Under the pieces are notes generated by a model. It was given only the letters and a program-made list of their open reading frames with translations, was not told the DNA's origin and searched no databases. 64,000 nucleotides of DNA. It comes from Ramazzottius varieornatus. Lineage: Eukaryota; Animalia; Tardigrada. Position numbers and translations under genes: made by a program. This document shows, piece by piece, positions 48,497 through 59,897 of the stretch (the first letter of the stretch is position 1; every line of letters starts with the position of its first letter). The stretch spans positions 1,536,597 to 1,600,596 of the forward strand of contig BDGG01000011.1 in the NCBI GenBank assembly GCA_001949185.1, in the 5' to 3' direction.

Positions 48497-49708
48497 ATGA
48501 AGGGCCTTATCGCTAGCGTAGTCTTGGTTGCGTTGGTCGGGTTGGTCGCCAGCCAGCGACCCAGCGCCTGCGGACAACCCATTGTTGCTCCCAAAGATTG
48601 CTCGCGATCCGGAGGGGACCGTATTGTCGGTAAATGACTTTCTCTCATTCCCAAAAAGTGTCTCGGTTTAGAGCATGTGGTTTCAGGTGGTTGCCAGGCC
48701 GAGGCACACAGCTGGCCATGGCAGTGCCAGCTGGGCAAGATCTCCACCTTCTTCGGCACCAACTACACCCAGTGGATCTGCGGATGCTCCATCCTGTCCA
48801 CTGGCCACATTCTGACTGCTGCCCACTGCGTGTCCGGGTAGGTGACGTCAACATTTGGCAGCTCGGCCAGCAAATTCTACACGATTGCTTTTCCAAGTGG
48901 CGCACTATACCAATACTGTTGGCTCGAGCCGTGCGCCACTTGAAAAGTGGTCTGATTAAATTTGCTGTATTGTTTTCCCTGTGGCGCACGTCTTCAATGT
49001 AATTTGCCTGAAAGGATGTTCCACCCGGGAAGACGATCTGTCTACCCCTTAAAGTACAATATTTTTTTCTGGGATTACCGATGGGATCATATTGTAAATA
49101 TTGGTTGCAGAAGCACCAACAAGCCCGACTTATTTATGGTCAAAGTCGGACACCACGACGTGTCGCGGCCCAGCCAGTACCAAAAGGTCCACAACGTCTC
49201 GCGGATCGCCATGCACCCAGATTACAATTCGCGCATCATCGACAACGACGCCGCCGTCTTAGTTTTGCGCGAACCCCTCGTCTTCACCACCGGAGTCCAG
49301 CCAGTTTGCATTCCCGATGCCAACAGCAACCCTAATGCCGACGTCGCCCCCGCTGTGGGTCAAGATCACATCGTTACCGGATGGGGTGAACAGAACGCCA
49401 ATGGCCGCGCCACCGCACAGCAATTGCAACAGGTCAGCGTCACCGCCTGGAACAGCGCTACCTGCAACATGACGCAACACTACGGTGGCAAGATCACCAA
49501 CCAGATGTGGTGTGCCGGTACAACTGGCAAGGACTCGTGCCAGGGCGATTCAGGCGGCCCCATTTTCGCCCTCGAGGGGGGACGCTATGTGCAGAACGGC
49601 ATTGTTTCCTGGGGATATGGATGCGCGGCACCCAACAAGCCCGGAGTCTATGCCAAGGTTGCAGCTCCTGCCATCCGAAACTTCATTCAGTCAGTCACTG
49701 GGTGGTAA
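48497..49708 (+). CDS. Secreted trypsin-like S1A serine protease (exons 48497-48629, 48687-48837, 49111-49708; 293 aa)
   Basis: gccaccATG, signal peptide, R-IVGG activation site, TAAHC, DNDAAVL and DSCQGDSGGP (S1 Asp). Confidence 0.96.
48858..49040. repeat. Palindromic element, two units (protease intron 2)
   Basis: Units at 48897 (27 nt) and 48981 (~28 nt, degenerate right arm). Confidence 0.88.
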
Positions 49709-50262
49709 AAAAATTCTTGCATAAGGTCTTCGCTCCCCTTTCCTTGGCTGTTGTCTTCTAACACATCTCTGCGCCCTTCTGTTTGCGAGATGATTTTAAA
49801 GACGTTCGCCACCTCATCAGTTCTGATATTGTGGCTTGAGCACACCCATTAAAATTCATACAGTACTGTAGGATCCAGCAATTTGACGATCGTTTAAAAG
49901 TGGCGAACAGCAATGTTTCTTTTGCTTGGGTCTTTTTCGCAAAAGTGTCGAATGTCCAACTGCATTGACAGGGAGCGAAGGAAGGAAGTAGGGATCGCGG
50001 GTTGAAGCCAGAAAGTACGTGCCCTAGTCCTACCGTACGAAGCAGCCCGCCGCGGCGCCTTCGAACCATGCTTCTACAAAGTTCAGCAATTTCGGGTCCA
50101 GAAATGAAATTTGCGGAACAGCACAAAAAGCTCCTAGTTCACTGACTCCACACTGGACCAGTTTATAGCGATCAAGACAACATCATTTTGAGGAGAACGA
50201 TAACTGCAGAAAGAGCGAGAAGCCAGCCCGGTGCAGCACAGCCTTGTTGGGAGTCATACGGC

Positions 50263-50330
50263 TCGTCGTACAGGTCGTCCTACAGGTCGTCCTACAGGTC
50301 GTCCTACAGGTCGTCCTACAGGTCATCCTC
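50263..50330. repeat. 12-bp tandem repeat (TCGTCCTACAGG), ~5.5 copies
   Basis: Directly visible; four perfect copies at 50275-50322. Confidence 0.95.
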
Positions 50331-51032
50331 CGGCTTTTCGCTCTCCTCCTCTCCGTTTTACTGTAATTCGGGTGGTTTGGATTCTTATTGTTGGCATGGT
50401 TGTCCAGATCGGCATTGACCCCCTAGGGTGACTTCCTAAGCCACCTCCGGATCCAGCGCGATTATTCGGGTCTTTGCTGGTTAGCGCTGTTGTTGTCCTT
50501 CACCTCGGCATCATGCACCCACTCCTAATACCCCTTCAGCCGCATTCTTCGGTCCCGGCGCTCATCGTCATCCAAATCACTCTCGTTATTCCTGCGGTAT
50601 CGTAGAAAGGCCCTTTCTATAAGAGAAAGCAATGCAGTAGTAATTTCTACCGTTGCAGAAACGCACCAGATTGCCGACCTTACCGAAGGGTGTCCCGCCG
50701 CACGCGGGAAGCTTCCAGTCTCCAAAGTTTCGGAACAAACAGTGATTTCCAGGACCTGATAAGAAAAGGTAGGGAAAACCAAGTTTTCTGGATTAAATTT
50801 TTGTGGGAAAAAACACTTCGGACCACGATTCGTGAAATCCCAAAGATTGCGAAAAATGATGCAGCCCGCCTTACACACGAGTGTTCCCTGTTCAGTCAAT
50901 CAAACATAGCCAAGCACGGGAAGACAACAGCTGGAAAAAGTCAGAGAACATCCGATCATCCGAATTATTCCGAAATAAGCGATGTTGCTGTTTTCACTGT
51001 GCCTTTCCCTCTTCGTCTGCAAAGCGTACCCT

Positions 51033-52057
51033 ATGGCTGCCTCCATATCCAAAACTACCGTGCCTGCTGCCGTAGATGATCCCGCGCAGGATGGTCGTTG
51101 GCTAAGTCAGCATCACCGTTTCTTGATGGAGGCACGGGACAAAGAACCGGAGGTGGTTTTCCTCGGCGATAGCATGATCCAGCGACTGCAAGACGCCGAT
51201 GTAAGTGTGCACTTGATTGGTTGACAAAACGTATCATTAAATTATCGCTTTATCGTTCAACCACTCTTCCTAGGTATGGAAAAATCTGTTCCAGCCGATG
51301 CACTGTCTGAACTTTGGGATTGGTGGAGACTCCACGCAGCACTTGCTGTGGAGGATTGTCGAAGGCGAACTTGACTCTGTCCGACCCAAAGTGAGCTTAA
51401 ACTGACGACAGTCGTCTACTTCTGGATGACCAGAAGACTGACTGTTAATTTCCGTTATAGGTTATCGTGATTCTTATCGGCACAAACAACTTCTTGAACA
51501 GCGCGGAAGAGGTAGCTGAAGGTATCGAAGAGATCGTGCGTAATGTACGGGAAAAACAGCCACAAGCACACATTCTCGTCGTGGTAAGACTCAACTTCGC
51601 GTACTGTATCCCGTTTCACTCGCGCATATATGTCACCACCTCTCTTGGAGTTTATAGTTTATCGGTGACGTCATGCGCTTGTTGATCGGAGTGTGTTGGA
51701 TGGCTCATTTGCAATGCAGGATAGCCGACGTGTCGGCCATTCTTGTAGCTGTTCTTGCAGGAAATTTTCCCTCGTGGCGAGAAAGACAATATCCAAAGAC
51801 AGAAGAATGCTCGAACAAACGAGCTTATCAGGAACAGTCTGAGGGGGAAGGAAAAGGTGCGTGTGGTCAACTTGGATCCGGGCTTTGTGGGCGAGGACGG
51901 GTCCATCAGTCCGCAAGACATGCCCGACTACCTGCACTTCAGCAACAAAGCCTACACCAAGTCTTTCACTCCTCTGGCCCACCTCGTCACTAGTTTGCTG
52001 GAAGAAGGCGACCAAGAGGCTAGCGTGGCGAAAGAATCGGGATCCGGTGATCTTTGA
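51033..52057 (+). CDS. PAFAH1B2: Platelet-activating factor acetylhydrolase IB catalytic subunit (PAFAH1B2/3-like SGNH hydrolase; exons 51033-51200, 51274-51390, 51461-51583, 51761-52057; 234 aa)
   Basis: DGRWLSQHHRF, FLGDS, LNFGIGGDSTQHLLWR, GTNN and DMPDYLH. Confidence 0.95.
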
Positions 52058-52143
52058 TCGAGTAGCGCAGTCTTGAAATACTCAAAACTCTTATCTCAGG
52101 TAACTTCGAGGGTAGAGCTTAGTGATCTGTACGTATTCATTCC

Positions 52144-52222
52144 TGTGAGTTAAGTTAAATTTGTGAGTTAAGTTCAATTTGATAGTTTAATTTGATAAGA
52201 TAAGTTAGGTTAAATTTGATGG
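52144..52222. repeat. Imperfect AT-rich tandem repeat (GTGAGTTAAGTTAAATTT-like)
   Basis: Directly visible. Lies in a probable 3'-UTR intron (GT at 52100, AG at 52230). Confidence 0.6.
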
Positions 52223-52429
52223 TTTTCCAGGTCGCAGTGCGATATCTTGGCCAGGTTGTGGCCTAGCTGCGATTTTACGACGATGTAATTCTCTCAGAAA
52301 CTGTATTGATGTTTTGTCGCGCTTGAGTTGAATTTCGAAGTGTCTGATCGAAAGTCGAATGTCCAGAAAAAACGTTTCTGGTCAGCTGGTTTTGTTCCGC
52401 GTACTTTCCGCGGTTTGCAGATAGAAGGG

Positions 52430-52625
52430 AAACTAGGCAAACACATTTGACGAGATCAATTTTGTAAGTGGCGCAGTCTCTCAGCTGGTAATGCCGGAAA
52501 GGTGCGCCACTTGCAAACTGGCCAGGATCGATTTTCCCAAGCGCCGCATGCTTTCAGCTGGTTATACTCGAAAAGGTGCACGAATTAGCGTGACCACTCT
52601 TATCAAGCTTATTTGCCGAGCTCCC
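52430..52625. repeat. Palindromic element, two units (downstream of PAFAH1B)
   Basis: Units at 52468 (27 nt) and 52541 (degenerate, 28 nt). Arms aactaggcaaac...tttgccgagctc. Confidence 0.88.
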
Positions 52626-54034
52626 CAGTCCAGGCTTCTTCGCAGTGACGTCACTGCGGCGCTGTTTTCCTTGTAGACGGCGCCTGATGCTGTTCTGCTG
52701 CGTTACCGGTTTAACGGTTGCATCCGAGTAGGCCGATCATCTTCGGATCGGGTTTCAACTTTCCAAGGGAATGGTCCGTGAACACAGTGTGGCTAATAGA
52801 AATGGGGTGCTCGCCGTCGTATAGTTTGGCCTGAAGGTTGGGCGGGAACCTCTTGCGTCCTACTGACTTGATATGGCCATTACTGCTTCCCATACGTAAC
52901 AGCTTTGAACTGCCATGGCACTTTCAAGCACGCCCGTAACCCATTGAGCTCCTCACGTAAAATAAACACAGAATCCGAATGTAACCATTTGGGCAGTTGG
53001 ACGACGCTCTTCTTTTCTGTCATCGAAGAGATATCGGAAGTCAAGTTTGGCGGTTGCGTGCGGCATAGCCTTCACGCATCCACGGCTTTATCTCTTGCTT
53101 GCATGTCTTTGGTGGATAGTTAGCCGTTGAGTTTGGTGAGTGGGCCTTGAGGAAGAATTTCCAATGATGAATGGCAGTGATCAAAGCAGCGGACGGCGCT
53201 GTTTTTTCCCTTCCACCGTTGCCTCTTTCGGTTCTCGATAGTTGTTTTCTCGTCAAGATGCACTGCTGGCGCATTCCTTTAGCCACATTTGCCATCATGC
53301 ATGTCCAATCGACGTAATCAAGGCAGTTTAGAGACATATTCGGCTTAATCATCTGGAACTGTGTCCATTGCCTCTCGTCCCTCCAAGCTTCGGTCGCAAC
53401 AGACTGTACACTGAATATATCTCTTTTCCTCGGTCTATCTTTTACTCTATCGATGTGTTCATCCCGTCTGGCCAAATACGCTGAATAGCGTTGACTGTAC
53501 AGTACACAAGGCCTAATGGAGTGGATGGTTTGCTTTTCTTGATTTGTTGGCCTGAAACTGCGGCATAGTTTTCGTAGTCTTGTGGACACAAATGCCAACC
53601 AGAGGTAAGTGGGAATTTAGTCTATTTTGGCTGTCGGTGGCAGAAGGGCGTCGACGGCGCTATAATGCTAGGCCATCGTTTCCATAATCTACCCCATCCC
53701 GCACGGATAATAGCGCTTGTTTGTTAGAAAGTCGCCTTCCAGCTGTGCTTCGATCTGTGCCAAACTATTCGCACACTATATCTTCATTAAAAGATAATTG
53801 AAAGATTTACACCACTTGTGTTTGCTGTTGCAAGAAGGAGCTGCTGTACATTTTTGGTCGAGCGGCTCTTCGGTCGCTCGGGCGGACTTTGTGAATTTGG
53901 GCTTACTTCGTGTTGGACAGTAAGCGTTTCACGGATGTGTAACTGGCGGCTGATGGATGGACAAACGGAAGTTTTGAGCGGAGCTGGCTGTCGTCAATGT
54001 CGACATTCTTCGTCACGCCACTTTGACACGGGAA

Positions 54035-57000
54035 ATGAGACTGGAGTGGTCGACCATCGTTTTCCTCACAACTAGCCTTTCCATCCTCTATTCCAAACTC
54101 GGTAAAATTCCAACCTATTTTCCCTAAAAGACTTCTCCTCGAAAATTCAACCAAGATTACCGTACTGAAGTGCCTTTGAACAAAAGGTTCTGATAATCAA
54201 TAGAGAATATTTAACGAGAAAAATCGAAACTCTGAAATTAGACTAAGCTAAAATCAATCAATGGATCCGGATTCTGAACGAAAAATAAGGAACTTAATTG
54301 AAAGTAACTGGGTTGTAGGATGTGCCTCATTGTTTGCAGGTTCTGCTAACGAGGAACAAGCGCAGTTGGTCCGTGATCTTTTCCGCAACTATAACCCCTT
54401 GCTCCGTCCGGTTCTTGAGGAAAACCAAACGGTGACCATCAGCTTTTCCATGTCGCTGACGCTGATTATTTATTTGGTAAGAACGTTTCTGTCATAGTCT
54501 GAAGAAACCGCGGTGACGCTATGTCTGGCGGTTGACGAGTGAGAATGACTTTTTTGATGGAACACCGCTAATTGGGGATTACTACGTTGAAACGAAACGG
54601 CCAGTTCGATGTGATGATAAATGGTTAAATCTCTGCACACAGTTGTGAAGCGGCGCTGTCACTCATCGCCATTACTTTGCACCATAGCCCACGCCTCATG
54701 TTTGTCCAATTAACTTGCAGAACGAACGTCACCAAGTCCTCAAAACCAACGGATACACCGTCCTAGTACGTCACAACACTCCCCGAGAAAATATTACTGA
54801 AAATATTTCAAATTAGCAGTTTTTATCTGGGACGAGCTTTGATTTTTCTGCAAATTTGCATGTCACTGAAACCAAATCCAAAGTTGAGCTTTGGTCGAAA
54901 CTGGTTCAACGAAATGGATCAAAATTTTCTGCAGACGAGGATGTAGATCCGAAACTTTTTTTCCCAAAATGTATTCTCGTATGGAGAAAGATATTCCACA
55001 AGGTTCAGACACTAAAGCTTGGGGGACATTCCATTTACATTTATATTTTCCCATATTAGTGCTCATAATTTCATGCATGGTGCAAAGTCGACTTACATTT
55101 TGGTTTGAGGAGTGGCACGATCCGCAGTTGAGCTGGGATATCGGTGACTACGGCGGGACCACGGCTATCCGGATGCCGGTGGAGAAAGTGTGGACGCCTG
55201 ATGTGGTCTTGTTGACAAAGTCAGTATACTAACCGACTGTTTTCTTGGTCTTTTACATCGATCTGTGTAACTTGGTAATGAGGAAATTTCCTGCGGACGT
55301 ACGAGCCAAATTAGATTGCTAATTCAATTGGCAAATTTGCACGCTGTAAATTGTTTCTCTTTCCCTTGTCCATTTTTAGCACAGACGGCAAATTCGGCCC
55401 CAGCTACAAATCCAACGCCGTCATTTACAGCGCCGGCATCGTCAACTGGATGCCACCCTTCATCTACAAGAGCTCCTGCCAAGTCGAAGTCAAAAACTTC
55501 CCCTTTGACGTAAGTCTAACAGGTCTAAAACTGATCATTTTCACAAAGCAAAGTCAAGAAATACCCCCATCTAAATATCACGACTTTCTTCGCGCATCCT
55601 CTCATACATACAGATTAGATTTAACCGGTATCTCGATCAACTCGCGCAGCGCGCCATCTGATGAAAAAACTCTAGAAACCCTTTCGAGTTTCGACATAAA
55701 ATGTAGGTATATCAGCTGCGGTGGACGTTGTTGTTGAAGAAAGTGGCTGTTCCTTGTTGCAGCAACAAGAGTGCGTGATGCGCTTCTCCTCCTGGACCTA
55801 CACCGCCTTGGAAGTGGACCTGCAGCCCAAGCAGATTGTCGTAGATGTGACCAACTACATGCCGGGCGGCATCTGGGACCTGGTGGACGCACGGATCCAC
55901 CGGATGGCCTACGACATGCACGGACATTCCCACAGCTACGACAGCTACGGACGCGTCGACATCCTGGTGACCATTGTCATGCGACGGAAGGCGCTATTCT
56001 ACACCGTCAACTTGCTCATTCCCACAGTCCTCATCTCCTTCATGACCGTCTTTGTCTTTCTCCTGCCCACCGTCGCCGGCGAGAAGACCACCCTGACCAT
56101 CTCCCTCACTCTCTCCATCGTCGTATTCCTCCTTCTCGTCTCCAAGATCCTTCCGCCGGCCAACGCCATGCCACTGATTTCCAAGTTCCTCCTCTTTACT
56201 TTCGCCATGAACCTCATTTCAGTCACCATGACTGTCATCACCATCAATGTCAACTACAGAGGACCAAAAACCCATGATATGAACTGGTTCCTTCGAGCTG
56301 TCTTTCTAAAGTTCCTTCCAAAGGTTTTTCTAATGAAACGACCGCCAAAGAGATTCATCAAAAGAAGGATAAAACAGCGGACGAAAATACTGGCATGCGA
56401 AGTATGGCAGCCTTTATACACTGATCAGTCCGGCTCGACCGATCCGAACCGCTCACGTGGAACCAACCTGAGTCGATCCGCTCCTTTCAGTGCCACAACA
56501 TTTACTGATCGGTCCGCTTTGCCCGGTCCGAGTCGAGCCCGGCAAGCCACTCCAAGCCGAACGTTGCCTTTCAGTCTGTCGCTTTCACCCCGCCTTCCTC
56601 TTGGTCATGTGACGTTCGAACCGTCGGTTTCGGCTGTCACGACACCCGAACCACCCTCCGCTCCGATTGTTCACTTTGACGACTGTGAACCAGACTGTGA
56701 TTTGGACGTTGAGCCAAGGTCGAGCCATCATCCGGACCGATTATCTGTGGTTGGTGCCGTTGATTACATAGCTGGACATTTAGAGCGCAATGATAGGATT
56801 AAAGAGGTATGAATTGAGGCTGCTCTTCGGGAGGCGGATTGTTGTTTGCGAAGAAACACCAGCAGGCAAAGATACAGTAAGTACTGGGCATTGTTTTTTG
56901 TAGATCGAAGAAGACTGGAGATTCATGGCCTTGGTGATCGATCGGGTACTACTGTGGATCTTTTTCTGGATCACGTGTGCCGGCTCTGTGGCGATACTCA

Positions 57001-57074
57001 TGGACTCTGAGCATCTCTTTACGCACATTGATGAAAGTGCGACGGTCAGAAGATTATCTGCCATGCTACGATGA
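54035..57074 (+). CDS. Nicotinic acetylcholine receptor non-alpha (beta-like) subunit (exons 54035-54101, 54340-54476, 54721-54765, 55110-55219, 55380-55509, 55763-56806, 56904-57074; 567 aa)
   Basis: YNPLLRPV, WTPDVVL, Cys-loop CQVEVKNFPFDQQEC, SWTY, M1-M3 with GEKTTLTIS, and EDWRFMALVIDR before M4. No vicinal Cys in loop C. Confidence 0.94.
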
Positions 57075-57229
57075 AACCCCCAACAGTAGGTGCTTTTCAA
57101 AGAATATCGAGCGATAATAACTTCTGCGACATTCTGGCAGTTTACACTGCCCGCGAAAAAAATGAAGCTGAAGGAAAAAGAAAGCTCGGTTTTTATGTGT
57201 TGTAAGAAGCTACAAACTTGGGTGCTGAG

Positions 57230-57320
57230 GCAAACTGGACGAGATTATTTTCTTAAATGGTCCATGTTTTGAGTATTTTTGGCGGAAAGCGTGCACCACT
57301 TGGACAAAACGACAGGAAGG
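57230..57320. repeat. Palindromic element, one degenerate unit (3' of nAChR)
   Basis: aaatggtcca-N27-tgcaccacttgg at 57255-57303. Confidence 0.7.
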
Positions 57321-59214
57321 TGGTCAGAACTGATTTGTGCCGTCTCTGATCGTCCAAAAACATCTGACGAGATGTCCAGTAGATGAACCAGGGTGTGCTC
57401 TGTTTTCGGCCCAAGTTGACTCCCGTCTGAACTCTCAACTTTCGTAACGCAAACTTTGGTATCTGGAATCGTGTCCAGGTTACCATCCGAATTACTTTGG
57501 CAGCCAATGATCTAAATAATCTGCTAACGTTATCCAGCGTTCATTGGAGTATGTTGTGTGGACGCAGTGGACATTTCTGAAGAGATTTTGGGCGTTGGAA
57601 AAACGTCTTTTTCTGGCAACGGTGGGTTCTCCCAAAACAGCCACGCTCGCTAAACCAATTTTGCAGCTAGACGAATGTCGATAATTCGGTTGTCAGTAAG
57701 CTTGCCCAAACGCCGAGCGATGCTGCATCGTATTGCAAAAAGCTTGAAAAAAATATTTGACTCAGACGGGAGAAAACAGTTTCCGAGCCGCCCTTCCGCA
57801 CCTGATTTGTCGTGGCTCACTGGTCGACTTGTGGCTAGCATGGCATCGGACTAAATAAGGTCTCGGTGGAGGAGCATTGCCCAAGACGACAAACGGATAA
57901 ACTTGTTCGGCTTTCTGAAAAGCGACAGACTGACAACACCACACTTAAGACCGGTCACTGGAAGGAACATGCATGCACCTGCTCATAAATGTCAAGGTCC
58001 GGCATACGAAACGAACTTTCGCAGAACCAGCACAACAGTAGGTACAGCGAATCAAGCTTTCAGCCGGCTGTAAGTCAATTGTTGCAGCACAAAGTTACGA
58101 ACCGAGCGAGAGAAAAGTCGAACTTTGCGGAAAACGCTTTGTTCAGTCCAGCCAGTTCGGCTTGCCCCGTGGCCATACAGGTAGACACTGCAACTGTAGC
58201 ATGGATTCCGATGGACCAACCAGCTAAAAACATCTAGTCTTTTTTCATACACGCTCAGAAAACATTCGAAGGTATTGGATTGATCGAAACGGCAACGCCC
58301 CGTAAAAATCAAAAGAAGCTAAACCATCAAAAGGGTCATCAAGTCCGAAACAGAAGCATTTTTCTGCCGGACATCCTTATTGAGCGATGGCGGCTTTAAA
58401 CTCAAATGCCAGTCGCTTATCCCGGTCGTCCGTAATTTTTCTCAACTGACCACCCAGCTTCAGGGCCTTCAAATCATTTACGACATGGGATAATGCCAGA
58501 GTCCATATATCCTGCATAGCCCCGCAGCATTGATTGGTCGAACGGTTAACATGGCTTTAGCTTTATGGAAAACTTCACACAAGCTTTGCAGCAACAAGGA
58601 AAAATAAGGTTATGATTGGTCAGGTGCGTGCGCGTCGCCGCCCAGCAGTGGCTGGGTGGTGCGTGATAACTGTGGTAATTTACAATGGAACGCAACAAGC
58701 ACATAAACACACCGTCCGAAATGTAGGTTGGTGCGTGACCAATCTGATAACTTAACAGTGAGACGCGACTAACACATGCACACGCCACCTGGTATGCGTG
58801 AAATGACGCAGGCATTGCATCAGACCCTAGACGATTTCTGGATCTTCTTCTCGTCTCCCGGCATCCCCTAGTCTACCTTGCTTTCCCTCATTTGTCATAG
58901 ACCCAGTAAGCGACCAGCCTTCACGGAAGGCACCGTGGGGTACGTGGTGAACCTTTGGCCTCCTGGCTGCTTTTCTTTCATGTTTGCCGACGGTGGCCAG
59001 TGTCAGCGTGCCTATCTACTCCTGCCGTCTTCTGCTGGTGTTTGCGTCTCTTTGGCCCCAGTGTCGTCTTCTCTTCATGTCCACCACGTCTTCCGCAGCT
59101 CCTCCGTAGTCTGCTGCTTATTTCTGCGTGTCTTTTCTCGTTTCTTCTTTAAATGTGGGTTATATTTTGACTCGAAACGTCGTATCCGATATTACGTGTT
59201 ACACAGCTGGGGCA

Positions 59215-59897
59215 CTATGCACGAAATATGGACTCTGATAATGCGGTGTCCTTCAGTACGGAAGCAGAGATACGACCAGCCAACAGCAACAACACGGCCA
59301 CGTTTTGATTGGTCACTTCAGCCAGCAAGATCCGTTCGCATTCCTGTTTCAAATCCTCAATCTGGTACTTTACCACCGCTACGAGAACCTCCCGAGCATG
59401 GTTCTTTGGCCCTTCAGAAGACTGGTGAAATATGTAGCTCTGGAGAATATCCAAAGTTGCATAATTTCCGGACAGATGGCAGCGACCAGTTTTAGCTTCC
59501 TTCAATTTAGAGTCGGACATGGCCTTGAAAGCGCGGCAAGAGAGACTTGGTCGACGAGTCCTTTCTCTCCATTAGAAGTGATGCGGATAAAGTCGACGCA
59601 CAGTTCCTTTGTAAGAAGAGCATGGAGCTTGCTAGACGGGGATGGTTCCGGCTGGATTCGCCCAGTAGTCACCTGACCCAAGGGCAGATATTTGTTTTCC
59701 GCGCGCAACCTCAGTGTGTCATCCACAAGGTTCAACGTAGCGTCTTCTCCCCAAACATCGGCATGAGTAGATAACGGCGAAGAACCCCAAACATCCTGTT
59801 CCATCTTGAAGACTGACGGAGCGCCGAATGTAGCCAAGAGACCAGAAGAAGTTCCAGGACAGTCTGACGAGGGAGGGCGAAAACACAATTTTTTCAA
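59215..59897 (-). pseudogene. BTB/POZ (SPOP-like) domain gene, frameshifted
   Basis: LHALLTKELCVDF...SLAALS in one frame, then DSKLKEAKTG...EVLVAVVKYQIEDLKQECERILLAEVTNQNVAVLLLLA...LKDTAL in another. Confidence 0.7.

Noticed and set aside
4067-49110. The palindrome as an introner (intron-creating transposon)
   Set aside because: Elements lie inside introns at variable distances from the splice sites, intron ends are not homologous, and there are no exon-flanking TSDs.
4100-52625. CRISPR-like reading of conserved repeats separated by fixed-length variable spacers
   Set aside because: The arms are inverted rather than direct repeats, there are at most two units per locus, they are dispersed in spliceosomal introns, and there are no cas genes.
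4101-52676. Recurring KWRT...RHL / VAH...APL / SGA...CAT peptides in many short ORFs
   Set aside because: They are translations of the intronic DNA palindrome in various frames, not a protein family.
58878-59495. 205-aa plus-strand ORF
   Set aside because: It is the antisense shadow of the BTB pseudogene, with atypical composition.
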